The notes under the pieces: generated by a model
The model's database searches: none
What the model was told of the DNA's origin: nothing
What the model saw: only the letters and a program-made list of their open reading frames with translations
From: Octopus bimaculoides
Lineage: Eukaryota
Direction: 5' to 3'
DNA: 63,866 nucleotides
Assembly (NCBI RefSeq): GCF_001194135.2
Contig: NC_068981.1
Location: forward strand, 130,006,499 to 130,070,364
Shown: positions 61,050 to 63,866 of the stretch, piece after piece
Layout of the letters: each line of letters starts with the position of its first letter
Position numbering within the stretch: the first letter of the stretch is position 1
Program-made: the position numbers and the translations under genes

Positions 61050-61900
61050 TGTCTCTGTGATATTTATCTGCAGCATATCACTGTCTCACAGTCACATCTC
61101 TCATTCTACTTCTTTGATCTCTATCTTATCTCACTCCTCTATCATGCATGTTGTTACAACCTGCTACAATATTTTCCAGTCACATCCCTCTCAATCACAT
61201 CCCTCTCAGTCACATCCCTCTCAGTCACATCTCACTATCTCCTGGCCACATCTCTCTCAGTCATATCTCACTATCTCCTGGCCAGGTTTCTCTCAGTCAT
61301 ATCTCACTATCTCCCGGCCTCGTCTGTCTCAGTCCTATCTCACTATCTCCTGGTCTCATCTCTTTCAATCATATCTCACTATCTCTTTACTTTGTCTCTC
61401 TCAGTNNNNNNNNNNCTCCTGGTCTCATCTCTTTCAATCATATCTCACTATCTCTTTACTTTGTCTCTCTCAGTCATATCTCACTCTTTCCCTGCCTCAT
61501 CTATCTCGGTCCTATCTCACTATCTCCTTGTCACATTACTCTATCATATCTCACTGCCATGTTCCTCTCAGTTATATCTCACCACCACAACTCTCTTACT
61601 CACTGTCACAACTCTCTCACTCTTTTATCTCACTACTACATCTCTCTCTTTGATATCTCTCTACCACATCTCTTATTTCTCACCACTGTTTGTCATATCC
61701 ATTTGCTATGACTGTTATATCTCAATATCATGTCTATCTTGTGTAATGTCCACATTCTTTTACTATATCTCACCACTACAGACTTCTATCATGTTTCTGT
61801 CACATTTTTCTCTTTCACATCTTACTGCTACATTTCGTTTTCATATCTCACTCACACAGCCATATTTCATGGCCACAGCCTTGTATCATATGTAACTGTC
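61050..61900. repeat. CT-rich degenerate minisatellite (unit of about 39 nt, tctctcagtcatatctcactatctcc)
   Basis: Directly visible tandem units; the 301-aa low-complexity ORF over it is a by-product. Confidence 0.85.
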
Positions 61901-62772
61901 AGGATTTATAAATTCTTTTGGTGGATCCCTCTTCATAACACTTATTTACAGTATAGCAGAATAAGCTATTGAGAGTGCAGTACCAGAGGAAGTGATAGAA
62001 TTTGAACTATAGAGCATTTGGCTGCAAGGTCAGCAACTTAAACAACCCTGCTGCAAAGAAACTGTATGCCATTGCTCGGCCTGCTAGAAATAGCAGTTAA
62101 ATCTTCCTCAAATCATGCCTTACTATCTGAAAAATGAACACATTGAATAATGTACTCCTAGATACACTATTCCTGAAAGCAAGATGGGGGTAGTAACATC
62201 TGGAAAGTCTTTGATGAAAACAGATCTGTTCAATCAGGGCTGACCACAGATAAACAACAAAATAGTAACAATAACCCAGACATGAATCCACATCTTTCTA
62301 ATGTTGTCTGGCTTGAAAGAAAAAAAAACTGCAGGATTTGTAACCTTTTTCTTATTACATTTCTGTTGAAATACTTTACCTTTATTTCAATTAATTTTGA
62401 AAATAATGACGGATTTAGTAAAATAACCTTACTATTGTTATTAACTTCTTTAGAATATAAATTAGCATGGAATTTTGGTGGATGCTTTAATTTAGATCAC
62501 TTTGAAACAATGAAGTTTGTATCACAGCATCTGAGGCAGGTTGGTATCAAAAGGGTAGTGTTAAATTGTTAGTTAAGTTAGTCTGTTGACCACCCTAAAA
62601 CAGCTACATTTGCCGGGCTATGGCTCAAGGGCAAGTATAAATATCACAGTTTCCTCTGATCTCTTTCTCATAAGTAAACTATTAAAGTTAGGTGTATAAA
62701 AAAATGTAAGGAGTGTGCATACATATTTTGTATGATTAAACTATAGCTTCATACAGTCAAATAAGTGGTTCC

Positions 62773-62827
<55 letters not shown>

Positions 62828-63105
62828 ATAAGGGGGAGAGATATTAAACTGGATGAAGGGAGTGGAGAAGGAGCAAGAGATAGATAATTTTGATCAAATG
62901 ATCAGAGAATTATGCTATTAAAAAAGATGGTATAAATGGCCAACAGATTTCATATATATGAATACACACATATGTGAAACATATTGGTTAATTTGTAAGG
63001 AAAACTTAACTTATACCCATTCTGTTCTTTACATAGCATTTGTAACATACATATACATTCATGATGATATGTATATGTGTATCATTATATAATGATGATC
63101 AAAAT

Positions 63106-63370
63106 TGTTATATGGACTGTTGGATATGTTATTCGTTTGACGTTCCGTGTGTCACTGCAGTTCGTCTGAGTTCATTGTTTCATTGTTGTTGTTCTGAATG
63201 ACTGGGGTAGTAAAATGTCATTGATATATATATGGCGGACATGATTCTTGTTTATTTACAACGAACATTAGGTGAGTGCGTTCTTTGTATGTAATTGAAT
63301 AATAAATGTAATAATTAAATTGTACAACTCGTTGTGTTATCTCTGCGAGTCTCACGAGAGAAATACAACA
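63106..63370 (+). mobile_element. Probable 5' LTR of a Gypsy-type retrotransposon
   Basis: TGTT...AACA termini and internal AATAAA, followed by a PBS-like TGGCGTCGCCG at 63379 and then gag. The second LTR is outside the window. Confidence 0.6.
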
Positions 63371-63436
63371 GAGTTTATTGGCGTCGCCGATAGGATACAT
63401 GCTTACTTTACCGTAAACTTATTCATCGTAATAACA

Positions 63437-63866
63437 ATAGCTGAAAAACAGACAGCAGAACTTATTAAATTGTTTAGGGAACAAATGGAAAAGCAAATGC
63501 AACAACATCAGAGAGATATGGACACTGTTAAAACTGTTTAGTGCTCGACAAGTTGAAAGCGATCCCAGTGGCTATTTTTCAGCTGCTTCGACAATGGTGT
63601 TGATTCCACCATTTGCTGCATTTGATTCAACGTCAGAACTATGGCCTGATTACTGGTCAAGATTCCGTACGTTTGTGGCTGCTAATGCTGTACCTGAACA
63701 ACGCATGGCACAAGTGTTCCTGACCAATCAGACCGCTACTGTTTACAAACAACTTGCTAATCTGGCTACCCAACAAAATCCACCTAAAGATATCAACTTG
63801 ACAATGGATGAAATCGTTGACTTCATGAAAGAACAGTTCGACCCAAAACTTTTCATTGTGAGAGAG
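63437..63866 (+). mobile_element. Gypsy gag-like ORF (ATA start, frameshift near 63520), truncated by the window end
   Basis: AEKQTAELIKLFREQMEKQMQQHQRDM / LLKLFSARQ...IPPFAAFDSTSELWPDYWSRFRTFVAANAVPEQRMAQVFLT. The PF..FD....W..Y..RF..F pattern is typical of Gypsy gag N-termini. Confidence 0.75.

Larger units (their letters stand above)
10858..61415. other. Assembly gaps: 10858-10867, 14569-14578, 16142-16665, 20892-21836, 32209-32218, 33395-33510, 49138-49760, 61406-61415
   Basis: Runs of N, mostly next to young repeats or microsatellites. Confidence 1.

Noticed and set aside
60993-61895. 300-aa Ser/Leu/His-rich ORF
   Set aside because: Translation of a CT-rich minisatellite, spanning a gap; no domain features.
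62000-62300. HNF4/HNF1 autoregulatory binding sites
   Set aside because: Only half-sites (aggtca, caaag) that are expected by chance; the TSS is unknown.

Overview
AT-rich, repeat-dense, intron-rich animal genomic DNA with 8 assembly gaps. The repeat landscape (RTE-LINE tails ending in (GAT)n, tRNA-head SINEs, mariner relics, CA/TA/GA microsatellites) suggests an octopod cephalopod; this is an inference. Two convergent host genes were reconstructed by hand with consistent GT-AG sites and phases. DCAF11/WDR23 (+, 898-43302) has 17 coding exons and about 497 aa; the first three exons are less certain. HNF4 (-, 50491-59302) has 6 clear coding exons, and its first coding exon is uncertain (candidate at 60740-60761). 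The most unusual structure is in DCAF11 intron 4 (14452-16842). There, hAT-type TIRs with an 8-bp target-site duplication enclose an orphan, splice-site-bounded exon of a mitochondrial acyl-CoA synthetase (ACSF3-like). That exon has one TGA at a conserved Trp, ends in phase with the next DCAF11 exon, and is flanked by inverted young RTE tails and Penelope-like remnants, including a variant minimal hammerhead motif. The cargo contig has gaps on both sides, so mis-scaffolding must be excluded. The window also holds three mariner relics, a 5'-truncated RTE LINE, a decayed Gypsy RT, a Gypsy LTR plus gag at the right edge, and several MITE and SINE families.
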